This document shows, one piece after another, positions 9,722 through 19,126 of a stretch of DNA of 64,000 bases. The stretch covers positions 4,064,001 through 4,128,000 of the forward strand of contig CBDFJQ010000002.1 in assembly GCA_965248575.1 (NCBI GenBank). The letters are read 5' to 3'. This DNA comes from Planctomycetota bacterium (GTDB lineage: Bacteria > Planctomycetota > B15-G4). The notes under the pieces were generated by a model. It was not told the origin of the DNA. It was given only the letters and a program-made list of their open reading frames with translations, and searched no databases. Position numbers and translations under genes: made by a program. Every line of letters begins with the position of its first letter. Position 1 is the first letter of the stretch.

Positions 9722-11842
9722 TCAGAAGATGTCGTAGCGGAATTCACCGCTCTTGACTGTCGGCTTGCTCGAGCCGCTCTGACCGCCCTGAATGCCGAGC
9801 AGCTTGCGCAGGTCCTTGTCATCGACCTCGTCGAGTGTGACGAACTGGCAAAGCACTTGTTCAGGGCTGCTGCCACGGCTCAAGTGCATGACCGCTCCAA
9901 GGGTCGGAGCCTGTTTCCCGATCCACTGGCCAATCTGAACCCGCAGCCCTTCGTCCCATGAAGAACTCTGCCCAATGAGGAGCCGGATGCTGCCGAGCAG
10001 CGACGTTTCCTGGTCTGGGCTGAGATGTTGGGTGCGGCCGATTCCGGCGACCTCGAAGTTCGCCGTCTCGAGCGATGCGTAGAGTGCGGTCAGGCGTGCA
10101 TCAGCAGCTTGGGTTGCGGCGCTTCCGACGTCGTCCAGCACCAGGATCACGCTCGCTTCCTGACGGTGTTTCCCCAGCACGCTCGCGAGTGTCGGGGAGG
10201 GCGTTCGGCCGGAGCTGCTCGAAGCGGCACGCGTGCTCGCCGGTTCGATGGGGAGCGGGACAGGTTCCTGCCAATCGCCCCCGGTGGGGGTGCTGATTGC
10301 GTCCGCCGACCAGCGATGGTTTCTGACGCCCATCACTAGGCTTCCCACGAAGGCAAGGCCCAGCACGCCTACGCAGACGAGGGCTGCCACGGATCCCCAG
10401 CGCATGCCGCCACCTCGTTGAGTTGCTGCGATGGATGCGCGATCTCTTGGAATGCCTGGAACCTCGTGCGCAAAGTCAGCCTGGTAGGCCAAGGTGGCTG
10501 CAGCCGGAATGTCCTCCGGGACGTAGCCTCGCCCTGAAACAGACGGGAGCGCAGCCGGAGTGACCGAGTAAGGGTCGCTTGCGTTCATGACGACTCGCAG
10601 ATCGGCAAGCATCTCAGTCGCTGACGCATACCGCTTGTTCATGTCGGCCATGGCTCGGCGAACGATCCAGCGCAGGGCTTCAGGGCAGGCCTTGTGAATC
10701 TGGGAGAGGCTGCCATGAGCGGGGAAGCCGTTCTCGAGCATCGAGAACAGCACTGCTCCCGTGCCGTAGATGTCGAACTTCACGCCGTCGACTTCCTGGA
10801 CCTTGACGCCTCGCAGGGCGAGGCGCACGAGCTCTGGGTCGCGGAAGTACTCGGTGCCGTGAGTCGTGAGCGTCATCGCCGAATGCAGTGGCGTCGTCAG
10901 ACCCAGGTCGACCAAATGCACCCGGCCGCTCGAAACGATAATATTGCTGGGCTTGATGTCCTTGTGCCAAAGACCGGCTGAGTGAAAGCGTTGCACCGTC
11001 TGTAGCAAGTCGGCGATGTATTCGATGGCCAGCCCGAGCTGCCGACCTTTGAGGCCTTCCGCTCCCGACTTGTCGTGGAGTTGCTGTGTGACCAGCGTGA
11101 GGTCATCGCCCGGAACGTAGGGCATGACGTAGTGGAAGCGGGTGGCGCCGAGTTCGTGCTCCAGGACGAGGCCCATGTTGCGGGCTGCCTCAAGCGCCCG
11201 GCTCTCCCGCACGATCTGCGGCATGGTCGAGCCGTCCGCAAGGGAGAACGACTTGATTACGACCTTTTCGGCCACAACGCGTCCACCACGTTGTAGCTGT
11301 GTGAGCTTGTCCGGAAGTGGCTTGGCGAGGTAGAGCTTCGCTCCGGAACCGCCGGATGGAAGCGAACCGACGACTGTGTATCCCTCAAAGGCGTCCGGTC
11401 GGCCGCGGGGGGTGTCGGGGCCCGGAGCGCGAGCCATGGCCTCGGGGATCCGGCGCTCGATGCCGTCCGTGAGACTGGTGAGGCCGAGCAGGCGGCCCAC
11501 ATGGCCGATCACCAAGCGATAGAGGCTGGTGCCGACACCGACGGCTTCGCGCTCAAACGCCTTCCCATAGTGGTTGGCGCGAGACCAGCGGCCGAGGGCG
11601 ATGTTGGAAACGATGAACGGCACGAAGAAGACCGCCGTCAGGCCTCCCCCAATGACTCGGAGTGTGTCGGAGGCCATGCCCTTGATGAAGGACCCGATGC
11701 GGCCCAGGACGGTGGCTATGAAGCTGAACACACGCCCAATGGCCCAGCCAAGGCCTGCGAGTGCCTTGATGAGGAACCAGACGCCAACCACGCAGGCGGC
11801 GACGACCAACAAGATCTGGATGGGGAAGGCGAGTGGGTTCAT
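9722..11842 (-). CDS. Membrane Ser/Thr protein kinase (Hanks-type, non-RD)
   Basis: GSLPSGGSGA loop, VVIK, HKDIKPSN, DLG and HGTEYFRDPE; hydrophobic N-terminus plus a second TM near residues 480-505. Confidence 0.85.
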   Translation of the reverse strand: MNPLAFPIQILLVVAACVVGVWFLIKALAGLGWAIGRVFSFIATVLGRIGSFIKGMASDTLRVIGGGLTAVFFVPFIVSNIALGRWSRANHYGKAFEREAVGVGTSLYRLVIGHVGRLLGLTSLTDGIERRIPEAMARAPGPDTPRGRPDAFEGYTVVGSLPSGGSGAKLYLAKPLPDKLTQLQRGGRVVAEKVVIKSFSLADGSTMPQIVRESRALEAARNMGLVLEHELGATRFHYVMPYVPGDDLTLVTQQLHDKSGAEGLKGRQLGLAIEYIADLLQTVQRFHSAGLWHKDIKPSNIIVSSGRVHLVDLGLTTPLHSAMTLTTHGTEYFRDPELVRLALRGVKVQEVDGVKFDIYGTGAVLFSMLENGFPAHGSLSQIHKACPEALRWIVRRAMADMNKRYASATEMLADLRVVMNASDPYSVTPAALPSVSGRGYVPEDIPAAATLAYQADFAHEVPGIPRDRASIAATQRGGGMRWGSVAALVCVGVLGLAFVGSLVMGVRNHRWSADAISTPTGGDWQEPVPLPIEPASTRAASSSSGRTPSPTLASVLGKHRQEASVILVLDDVGSAATQAADARLTALYASLETANFEVAGIGRTQHLSPDQETSLLGSIRLLIGQSSSWDEGLRVQIGQWIGKQAPTLGAVMHLSRGSSPEQVLCQFVTLDEVDDKDLRKLLGIQGGQSGSSKPTVKSGEFRYDIF

Positions 11843-11875
11843 GCCTTCGGGACCCCCGAAATGGCCAAGCGGAGG

Positions 11876-12628
11876 CTATTCGAGCTGGCCGGCCTCATCA
11901 GTTTGGCGGAGTGTCATCTGCCGGTGATAGATGTCGGACAGCGCCTCGTCGAATAGCGTGTCAGCGGCCTTGGTGGGATTGGGGTCGATACCGTTTCTCC
12001 CCGCCTCACCCATCTCTTCTTCGGTGAAGCTGAACTTCGCCATGACCTCGGCCAAGCGTTGTCTCAGGAGTTCTCGCACCTTGCCGAGTCGCCGGCTGAT
12101 TGTGGGTTCGCTGACGCCGAGAGATTTCGCGACGTCCTTTCCGCTCAACCCATCGAAGACCCTCATGCGGTAGACCGAGAAGTCCATGAACTCGATTTCC
12201 CGCTCCACCATGCGAATGGCGGCCTCGACCTTGGCATCGAACACTGCCTGCTCGTAGCGGCTGCTCGGGGACGCCCCGCTGTCGGCACCGGCCCAGGCCT
12301 CATCCAGTTCAACGGGCTTCTTGCCTGCGCCGCGCTTGAGGGCCATGCGCCGATCGAACTCCCCGCACAGCGTGTGCTTGGCGATGGCGAGCAGCCACGT
12401 CGAGAACCGGGCTCCTTTATTGGGGTCATGTCGATCGATGGAGTGGGACAGGGCCGCCAGGGTCTCCTGTGAGACATCCTCAACGGTCTCAAAACCGATC
12501 CTTCCACCACCCCACTTGAAGAGCTGGGCGCGGAGAATGGGCCCGAATGTCTCCCAAAGTTCGAACCACGCCGCTGGGTCTTGGGCGCGGAGCCGTCCAA
12601 TAAAGCCTGTTGTGAGATTGCTGAGCAT
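11876..12628 (-). CDS. ECF-type RNA polymerase sigma factor with C-terminal extension
   Basis: Start set at ATG 12628 (MLSNLTT); AAWFELWETF, EDVSQET and RFSTWLLAIA (sigma2); GLSGKDVAKSLGVSEPTISRRL (sigma4 HTH). Confidence 0.88.
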   Translation of the reverse strand: MLSNLTTGFIGRLRAQDPAAWFELWETFGPILRAQLFKWGGGRIGFETVEDVSQETLAALSHSIDRHDPNKGARFSTWLLAIAKHTLCGEFDRRMALKRGAGKKPVELDEAWAGADSGASPSSRYEQAVFDAKVEAAIRMVEREIEFMDFSVYRMRVFDGLSGKDVAKSLGVSEPTISRRLGKVRELLRQRLAEVMAKFSFTEEEMGEAGRNGIDPNPTKAADTLFDEALSDIYHRQMTLRQTDEAGQLE

Positions 12629-12636
12629 TGCTGGCG

Positions 12637-12642
12637 ATTGTA
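12637..12642 (-). promoter_or_regulatory. -10 box TACAAT, 8 nt before ATG (leaderless-type)
   Basis: Minus strand reads TACAAT-CGCCAGCA-ATG; no SD. Confidence 0.55.
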
Positions 12643-12793
12643 GGGCATCGGGCGCTGGGGATGTCAGGCCGGCCTCCAAATCGCCACGGGCTGGCTGGAA
12701 TTGGAGTGAAAAAGAGGCGCCCCGCTCCCCAAGAACGCGTCGACGCCCAAGAGGGGCGCATTCAACTTGCCTCCCCACAGAAGGAACAATCCC

Positions 12794-13726
12794 ATGGCCG
12801 GTATCTTTAAGACCTTGATTCGCGTTGGCGTCATTACGGCCGCCGGCGCCGGTGTTGCCGTGCTGATCGCTGGTCCTCACCGCGCCGCGGCGCTCGTGAG
12901 CCAGGCTCACGAGAGCGTGATGTCCCACATCGACGAATCCATCGATGACCCCGTAGCGCTGCGTTCCCAGTTGCGGGAACTGGAACGGGAGTACCCAGGA
13001 AAGATCGGACAGGTGCGAGGTGACCTCGCAGAGCTGCGCGAGCAATCTCGTCAGCTTGAGCGGGATCGAGCCGTCTCCGAGCGGGTCGTTGCCCTGGCAG
13101 ACAGAGACCTCGCTGCCATCCAGCCACTCCTGGCAGAGGCTGATGCTGCACACGTGCAGAAGGCTTCCTACGGAAACGTGCGCAACGTGGTGAGCGTTCG
13201 CTTCGACAACCATCTCTACACGCTCGACCAGGCCCGCTCGAAGGCGAACCAGATCTCCCATACCCGTGTTGCCTACGCAAACCGGGCGGCCGACGCGGCG
13301 CACGACCTGGTTTACCTGGAGCAGCAGGATGAGCGTCTTTCTGAGCTGCTCGTCCAGCTTGAGACCGAGCGCGGCCAGTTCCAGTCACAGCTCTGGCAAC
13401 TGGATCGCCAAGTGGACGCCATTGCACGCAACGAGAAGCTGATTGGCATGCTCGAGAAGCGCAAGAGGACGATCGAGGAGTGCAGCCGCTATGAGGTGGC
13501 TAGTCTCGACCAGATGGTCTCGAAGCTGGCAGAAGTGCGGGCACGCCAGCAGGCTGAGCTGGACGTGCTGACCGGGCAGGACTCCGCGACGAACTACGAA
13601 GAGATCGCTCGAATGGAGATCGGTTCACAGGAGGGCCTGATTCGCTCGAGCCCGGTTCCGGATGAGTTCCCGGCACAAGGCTTGCTCTACACCACGGACG
13701 ACGTGGTTTCACCAAAGGTCCGCTGA
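12794..13726 (+). CDS. PspA/IM30-like coiled-coil protein with N-terminal hydrophobic anchor
   Basis: MAGIFKTL resembles the PspA start MGIFSR; IDDPVALRSQLRELE resembles the PspA EDP motif; long heptad coiled coil; AAGGA SD. Confidence 0.6.
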   Translation: MAGIFKTLIRVGVITAAGAGVAVLIAGPHRAAALVSQAHESVMSHIDESIDDPVALRSQLRELEREYPGKIGQVRGDLAELREQSRQLERDRAVSERVVALADRDLAAIQPLLAEADAAHVQKASYGNVRNVVSVRFDNHLYTLDQARSKANQISHTRVAYANRAADAAHDLVYLEQQDERLSELLVQLETERGQFQSQLWQLDRQVDAIARNEKLIGMLEKRKRTIEECSRYEVASLDQMVSKLAEVRARQQAELDVLTGQDSATNYEEIARMEIGSQEGLIRSSPVPDEFPAQGLLYTTDDVVSPKVR

Positions 13727-13774
13727 GCCTCCCGACGGGCACCGCGAGAACTTCGCGGCCGCCTTGGATGACTC

Positions 13775-13810
13775 GCTCCGTCGCACGCCCGGAAGGGTGT
13801 GCGACGGAGC
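13775..13810. terminator. Strong hairpin between convergent genes (likely bidirectional terminator)
   Basis: 16-bp stem GCTCCGTCGCACGCCC / GGGTGTGCGACGGAGC (one G-U) with a GGAA tetraloop; no long U-tract. Confidence 0.6.
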
Positions 13811-13849
13811 TTCCAATTGTGGTCGTTTCAAGAAGTGCGAAGGGCCATC

Positions 13850-14296
13850 TCAGCGGGGACGATTGGCGGATTCGACAGCCGTTCGAAAGTCGCCAGGGAT
13901 GGGAATGGACTGTGATTGGTCCGAGAACACCATGACGGTGTTCGACTGGCTGACGAGTGGTCCAGCTCCGTGCTCAGCCGGGGACGCTTCAACAAGTCGC
14001 ATCACCTGCCGGAACTTGACACTGGACCTCCCGAGGGACTCCACGGAGCTCAAGAGATCCACGGTTTCAGCCTCATGAAGCGCTCGCTTGAAGACGACTT
14101 CTGTGCGGCCGACGACAAACCACTCGGAGCGATCTGCAAAGCCGTCGTAGCTGAATCCGAGGGCACGCAGATAGTCGAGCCGGCCTTGCTCGTACCAGCT
14201 CAGGTAGACACCGTTGTTGAGATGGGCGTAGGAGTCCAGCTCGTAGGATCGAACCGTAAAGGAGGATTGCACCTCCCAGTCGTTTGAGTCGGGCAT
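13850..14296 (-). CDS. Acyl-CoA thioesterase (YbgC/4HBT hotdog fold)
   Basis: VRSYELDSYAHLNNGVYLSWYEQGR signature. Confidence 0.9.
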   Translation of the reverse strand: MPDSNDWEVQSSFTVRSYELDSYAHLNNGVYLSWYEQGRLDYLRALGFSYDGFADRSEWFVVGRTEVVFKRALHEAETVDLLSSVESLGRSSVKFRQVMRLVEASPAEHGAGPLVSQSNTVMVFSDQSQSIPIPGDFRTAVESANRPR

Positions 14297-14304
14297 GGGG
14301 CGGG

Positions 14305-14310
14305 ATTCTA
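14305..14310 (-). promoter_or_regulatory. -10 box TAGAAT, 8 nt before ATG (leaderless-type)
   Basis: Minus strand reads TAGAAT-CCCGCCCC-ATG. Confidence 0.6.
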
Positions 14311-14435
14311 CATGGACAGGTCAGCGGAGACGCATGCCTTGGCGTCCGGGCGCGCTTCGCGTACAACCTGCCCGCTAGCCACAGCCGCTCTCCGGCTGTG
14401 CGACGTGCCATCCAATCAATCGGCCAGAGACTGTC

Positions 14436-15002
14436 GTGAACGTCATCACCACCAAGTTGGACGGGGTCCTGTTTCTTGAGCCGAAGGTGTTCCAGGACCC
14501 TAGGGGCTTCTTCTTGGAGACCTACCGCGCCGACAGCTACGCAGAGGCGGGAATCGATCTTCCGTTCGTTCAAGACAATCACAGCCGTTCGGTTCGAGGC
14601 ACGCTGCGGGGGCTCCACGCTCAGTGGAGGAAGCCCCAAGGGAAGCTGGTGCGCTGCATCCAGGGCGAGATCTTCGACGTGGCTGTGGATATGCGGCTGG
14701 GGTCGCCGACTCATGGCGAATGGGTCGGGGTGACGCTCACCAGCGAGAACTTCAAGCAGATCTACGTTCCGCCCGGCTACCTGCATGGTTTCGTGGTCGT
14801 GAGCGAGACCGCGGAGGTCGAGTACAAGTGCACGGACCTGTATGACCCTGGTTTTGAGGTCGGCGTCCGATGGGACGACCCCGCCATCGGGATCGACTGG
14901 CCTGTCGCAGCACACGAATGTGTGTTGTCGGAGAAGGACGCTCAGGCCCCACTTCTCGCTGATGTTCCCCCCGAGCACACACCCGGATACGGGGCTGGCT
15001 AG
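14436..15002 (+). CDS. rfbC: dTDP-4-dehydrorhamnose 3,5-epimerase
   Basis: DPRGFFLETY, FVQDNHSRS, LRGLH, DVAVDMRLGSPT and HGF; not in an rml cluster here. Confidence 0.95.
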   Translation: MNVITTKLDGVLFLEPKVFQDPRGFFLETYRADSYAEAGIDLPFVQDNHSRSVRGTLRGLHAQWRKPQGKLVRCIQGEIFDVAVDMRLGSPTHGEWVGVTLTSENFKQIYVPPGYLHGFVVVSETAEVEYKCTDLYDPGFEVGVRWDDPAIGIDWPVAAHECVLSEKDAQAPLLADVPPEHTPGYGAG

Positions 15003-15015
15003 GCACGACGGGCGA

Positions 15016-16833
15016 TCACTCGCCTCCCGCGCTGCCGCGACTCTCGTCAGAGGGGACGTCGATACGCACTGGCGGCGGCTTGTCACCGTCGAGATGGAAG
15101 GCCTCCAGGATCGATCGGGCCTCCATCCGGCCCCGCATGGAGGCCTGGTTCACATCTTGCTGCGGTGCAAAGTCGGTCGGCTTGGGGTCTGACTCCGACT
15201 CCGACTGGTGAACGTGAAGCGTCTGGGTCGGGAAAGCGAACTCCACGTTCATCCGGCCCGCCAGGCGCATGATATCCAGCATGAGTCGCTGCCGCTCACG
15301 GAGCTCCGTGCTCCAGTCCGGGCACTCAAAGAAGAGGTACAGGAGGATGTCGAGCGACGCCGGCGCGAAGGCATTCAGATAGACGTGGTAGTAATCCTTG
15401 CGCGTGTACGGGTGACGACGAACCAGCTCCCGAATGCCTTCGCAGAACGCCTCGATGCGCTCAGGTGGTGTGTCATAGGTCACGGACACCGTTGCCTTCC
15501 AACGGCGGTAGCGTCGCGATCCGAGGTTGTCCACCGAGGCAGTGATGAGCGCGCTGTTCGGCATGGTGATCAACGAATTGTAGAAGGACCGGATGCGGGT
15601 GCTGCGGAAACCCACCCGTTCGACGGTTCCTTCGACGTCGTCGATGACGACCCAATCGCCCACCTGGAACGTTCGGTCAGCGATCACCATCACCGAGCCG
15701 AAGAGGTTTTTGAGGAGGTCCTGGGACGCCAAGGCGAAGGCGAGGCCGCCGAGGCCGAGGCCTGTGGCCAACCCGAGGATGTTGAAGCGGAGCTGGTGGG
15801 CCAGGAAGACCACGCCCGTGGCGATCACGAAGACCTTCAGGGACTTCACGGCCAAAGGGACGAGCAGGTCGTCGAGGGCGCTGTCGGTGCTTGCTGCCCA
15901 CTGACCCAGGCCTTCGCCAAGGATGTCAATCAGGCGATAGGCGCCCCAGACACCGGCGAGGGCGACGATGAATTCTGCCGCCACCTTGAGCAGGACGTAA
16001 CTCTCGTCGGGCAAGGAAAGGCGTCGCAAGCCCCACTGCCAGACCAAGGCCATCACCAACAAGCCGAAGGGGCGCAGGCCGCTGCGCATGGTTTCGGCCC
16101 GGATCGTGAGGCGCTCCCGCTTGAGCACGGCTCCCGTCAGGAACGCGAGCAGCAGGATGAAGACGCGGTCGATGAGGACACCCGCAAAGACGATCAGGAG
16201 CAGCCCAAGCCACTGCCAGTGCTCCAACAGAAAACCGACTTCGCGCATCGCCGTGGGGACACGAGCCCGAATCCACTTCGCGGACAGGAAGGAGTGGTCG
16301 ATGGCTTGGCCCGCTACGCGGTCAAGGCCTTCGACGGCTGAAATGAGGGCCGGTACTGCTGCAATGGTCTCCGCACTGAAGAGCCACTCCCCGCTCGCCA
16401 TGCGCTCCAGGACGATGCGTCCTTCAGGGCGCTTGTGGAACTGGTAGGGCGCTCCCTCCGGCTCATCCGGCAGGCTGGTTGGATGCACCCGCTTGAGTCG
16501 GTCGATGATCTCCTTGAGATCGATCGCCAATTCTGGGGCGCGTTCTTCGCGGATGAGCTCGCTGATGCCCGACAGGTCAAGGCACGCGGTCGCGTCCGAC
16601 ATGCGGTCACCGAGGCCACCTGCGACATCATTCATCGCGGTGAGGAAGGTGACGAAGGTGCGGCGCGCGCTGGCTCGCTCCGCAGGGATGGGGTTGGCGT
16701 CCGTGGACTGGGCCCTCGTGGGCTCATCCTGCCAGGAGGTGGACGCGCTGGCGGTTGCACTCAGGGCAGCGAAGCCGAGAACCAGGAGGGCAAGGAGCTG
16801 CGGAGCGAAGCACTTTCGACGAGCGAATGACAT
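15016..16833 (-). CDS. MscS-family mechanosensitive channel with periplasmic N-terminal domain
   Basis: GLGLGGLAFALASQDLLKNLFG, FQVGDWV, GTVERVGFRSTRIR and FAFPTQT; signal-like N-terminus from ATG 16833. Confidence 0.9.
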   Translation of the reverse strand: MSFARRKCFAPQLLALLVLGFAALSATASASTSWQDEPTRAQSTDANPIPAERASARRTFVTFLTAMNDVAGGLGDRMSDATACLDLSGISELIREERAPELAIDLKEIIDRLKRVHPTSLPDEPEGAPYQFHKRPEGRIVLERMASGEWLFSAETIAAVPALISAVEGLDRVAGQAIDHSFLSAKWIRARVPTAMREVGFLLEHWQWLGLLLIVFAGVLIDRVFILLLAFLTGAVLKRERLTIRAETMRSGLRPFGLLVMALVWQWGLRRLSLPDESYVLLKVAAEFIVALAGVWGAYRLIDILGEGLGQWAASTDSALDDLLVPLAVKSLKVFVIATGVVFLAHQLRFNILGLATGLGLGGLAFALASQDLLKNLFGSVMVIADRTFQVGDWVVIDDVEGTVERVGFRSTRIRSFYNSLITMPNSALITASVDNLGSRRYRRWKATVSVTYDTPPERIEAFCEGIRELVRRHPYTRKDYYHVYLNAFAPASLDILLYLFFECPDWSTELRERQRLMLDIMRLAGRMNVEFAFPTQTLHVHQSESESDPKPTDFAPQQDVNQASMRGRMEARSILEAFHLDGDKPPPVRIDVPSDESRGSAGGE

Positions 16834-16841
16834 GGGGCGGG

Positions 16842-16847
16842 ATGATA
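16842..16847 (-). promoter_or_regulatory. -10 box TATCAT, 8 nt before ATG (leaderless-type)
   Basis: Minus strand reads TATCAT-CCCGCCCC-ATG; same spacer as the thioesterase gene. Confidence 0.6.
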
Positions 16848-16922
16848 ACAAGCAGCCCCTCCTGGTCGCGCCTCGCAGGGTCCGGATAGGCTGTGGGTCT
16901 CCTGTCGCCTTTGAGAGCACCG

Positions 16923-18305
16923 ATGCACTTCAAGCAGTTCTACTTGTCTTGCCTGGCCCACGCGTCCTATCTCATCGGGGATGGCGACGCCTGCGTCATC
17001 ATCGACCCCCAACGCGATGTCGATCAGTACATCGAGGAGGCGAAGGCCCGGGGCTTGGTGATCCGACACATCGTTGAAACCCATCTGCACGCCGACTTCG
17101 TGTCCGGGCATGTCGAGCTCGCGCGCCGCACCGGTGCGACAGTCCACATCGGCAGGCAGGCAAAAGTGCGCTACCCGCATGTGCCCGTGGCGGAGGGTGA
17201 TGAGATCCAGGTGGGGGGCACGCGCCTCAAGTTCCTCGAGACTCCGGGCCACACCCCCGAGAGCATCTGTGTCTTGGTGTTCGATGCCCCTGGCGATGAA
17301 CAGCCGTCACGCGTGCTCACAGGGGACACCCTGTTCATCGGGGATGTTGGCCGCCCCGATCTGGTGGGCAGCAAGGGCTACAGCTCCGAGGACATGGCCG
17401 GAATGATGTTCGAGAGCCTGCATGGGAAGCTCTTGCCGCTACCAGACTCGGTGCAGGTGTTCCCCAGTCACGGCGCCGGCTCGGCCTGTGGCAAGAACAT
17501 CTCCAGCGCGCTCTCATGCACCATCGGGCAGCAGCGCCTGACCAATTACGCCCTGCAATCCATGGAGCAGTCGGAGTTCGTGGAGCTGATGACGAAGGGC
17601 CTGGCTGCACCGCCGCCGTACTTCCCGCACAGCGCAGAGATGAACAGACAGGGGGCGAGGCCCTTGTCCGAACTCCCGCCCCTCAAGCAACTCGAAGTGA
17701 GTGACGTGACGGCGAGCCTGGCTGCTGGAGCGCTTGTGCTCGACGTTCGGGACGCGCAGGACTTTGGAGCAGCTCACCTCCCGGGCGCCGTCAACATCGG
17801 CCTCGGGGGACAGTTTGCCTCCTGGGTGGGGCAGCTCATTCCCGTCGACACGCCGCTCGTCTTGATGGCGAAAGACGATGCTGCCGCAGACGAGGCCGTC
17901 TTGAGGTTGGCTCGGGTCGGCTTCGAGGACGTCGCGGGGATGGTGCGCGGTGGAATCAAGGGCTGGATGGAAGGCGGCGGCGAATCGACCTGCCTGCCGC
18001 AGTTGACCGTTGATGCGTTGCAGCACCAACTCCCCGATGAGTTGCTCGTGCTCGATGTCCGGCGCCCCGGTGAGTTCGATGGGCCCCACGTACCAGGTGC
18101 CCTCAACGTGCCCGTTGAACGCCTGGCTGAACGGCTCGGAGAGCTGGATCCAACAGCGAAGATCGCCGTGATCTGCCAGACGGGCTACCGGTCGAGCGCC
18201 GCGTCGAGCCTGCTGGAGCGCGCGGGCTTCCAGAGCCTCTCGAACGTCGTGGGTGGCACGGTCGCTTGGATCGATGCGGGACTCAGCACGGTTTCCGGCA
18301 CCTGA
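16923..18305 (+). CDS. MBL-fold hydrolase with two rhodanese domains (persulfide dioxygenase/sulfurtransferase-like)
   Basis: ETHLHADFVSG, TPGHT, TGDTLFIGDVGRPDL and HGAGSACG; the second rhodanese domain keeps ICQTGYRS. Confidence 0.9.
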   Translation: MHFKQFYLSCLAHASYLIGDGDACVIIDPQRDVDQYIEEAKARGLVIRHIVETHLHADFVSGHVELARRTGATVHIGRQAKVRYPHVPVAEGDEIQVGGTRLKFLETPGHTPESICVLVFDAPGDEQPSRVLTGDTLFIGDVGRPDLVGSKGYSSEDMAGMMFESLHGKLLPLPDSVQVFPSHGAGSACGKNISSALSCTIGQQRLTNYALQSMEQSEFVELMTKGLAAPPPYFPHSAEMNRQGARPLSELPPLKQLEVSDVTASLAAGALVLDVRDAQDFGAAHLPGAVNIGLGGQFASWVGQLIPVDTPLVLMAKDDAAADEAVLRLARVGFEDVAGMVRGGIKGWMEGGGESTCLPQLTVDALQHQLPDELLVLDVRRPGEFDGPHVPGALNVPVERLAERLGELDPTAKIAVICQTGYRSSAASSLLERAGFQSLSNVVGGTVAWIDAGLSTVSGT

Positions 18306-18316
18306 GGCCCTGACTC

Positions 18317-19099
18317 GTGTGCACGGTGAGCGTTTTCAATGTCCCGGGCGGTGGCTTCGTGCTCGGCACCAATCGGGACGAAAGCCCCAAGCGGCTTCCG
18401 GCGCGCCCGCCCATGGTCCATGAGGCCGGCGGTCGGGCCTGGCTCATGCCGCAGGATGCCGACGCCGGTGGAAGCTGGGTCGTCGCAGATTCCCGGGGCA
18501 GATGCCTCTGCATCCTGAACGGCGACCAGCCGGCGGCCCCGGTCCCAACAGATGCTCCAAGCCGGGGACTCCTGTTGCTGGAACTCGCGCAGCTTTCCTC
18601 AGGTGAAGCAATGCTGGGAGACCTGGTCCGCCGCTTCGTCGAGCAACGCTTGAAGGAGAGGGCGTTCAAGTTGCTCATCGTGGAGGCAGGGCTGGATCAC
18701 CATCCCAACCGCGTTGACCTCCTGGAATGGGATGGCCTTCATGAGCCCACCTGTCGAGAGTTGCAGCCACCTTGCGTCCTGGTGTCCAACTCCTTTGACC
18801 CCACCGGCGTTGCGCGGCGCCGGACGCGTTGGTTCCAGCCCCTCGCGCGGGAGTCCATTGATTTGGGCACCGACGCTCTCCTGGCCGCTCAGAGCCGATG
18901 GCACGCCTCTCACGATGGTGACGACCCTGGCGGAGATGCGTCGTCGGTGTGCATGCATCGGTCGGAAGCCTCGACGGTGAGTTTCACGTCGGTGACCGTC
19001 GATGCCCATCAGGTGGCGATGACCTATCGTCCCGGTGCACCCTGCTCAGCGTCCGCAAGCGAACGATTGGTCCTGAAGCGTGCAGCGCCATTGAACTGA
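18317..19099 (+). CDS. NRDE / TANGO2 family protein
   Basis: N-terminal MCT, GTNRDE motif, DADAGGSW, ILNG and SRG. Confidence 0.85.
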   Translation: MCTVSVFNVPGGGFVLGTNRDESPKRLPARPPMVHEAGGRAWLMPQDADAGGSWVVADSRGRCLCILNGDQPAAPVPTDAPSRGLLLLELAQLSSGEAMLGDLVRRFVEQRLKERAFKLLIVEAGLDHHPNRVDLLEWDGLHEPTCRELQPPCVLVSNSFDPTGVARRRTRWFQPLARESIDLGTDALLAAQSRWHASHDGDDPGGDASSVCMHRSEASTVSFTSVTVDAHQVAMTYRPGAPCSASASERLVLKRAAPLN

Positions 19100-19126
19100 C
19101 CTGCTCCTCTGCGCCCGCAGGCCTCC

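Noticed and set aside
12629..13303. 225-aa N-terminal extension of the first ECF in the ORF track
   Set aside because: Overlaps the opposite-strand PspA-like gene; ATG 12628 has a well-placed -10 box.
14436..15002. Polysaccharide biosynthesis locus around rfbC
   Set aside because: No rmlA/B/D or glycosyltransferase genes nearby; the gene stands alone.
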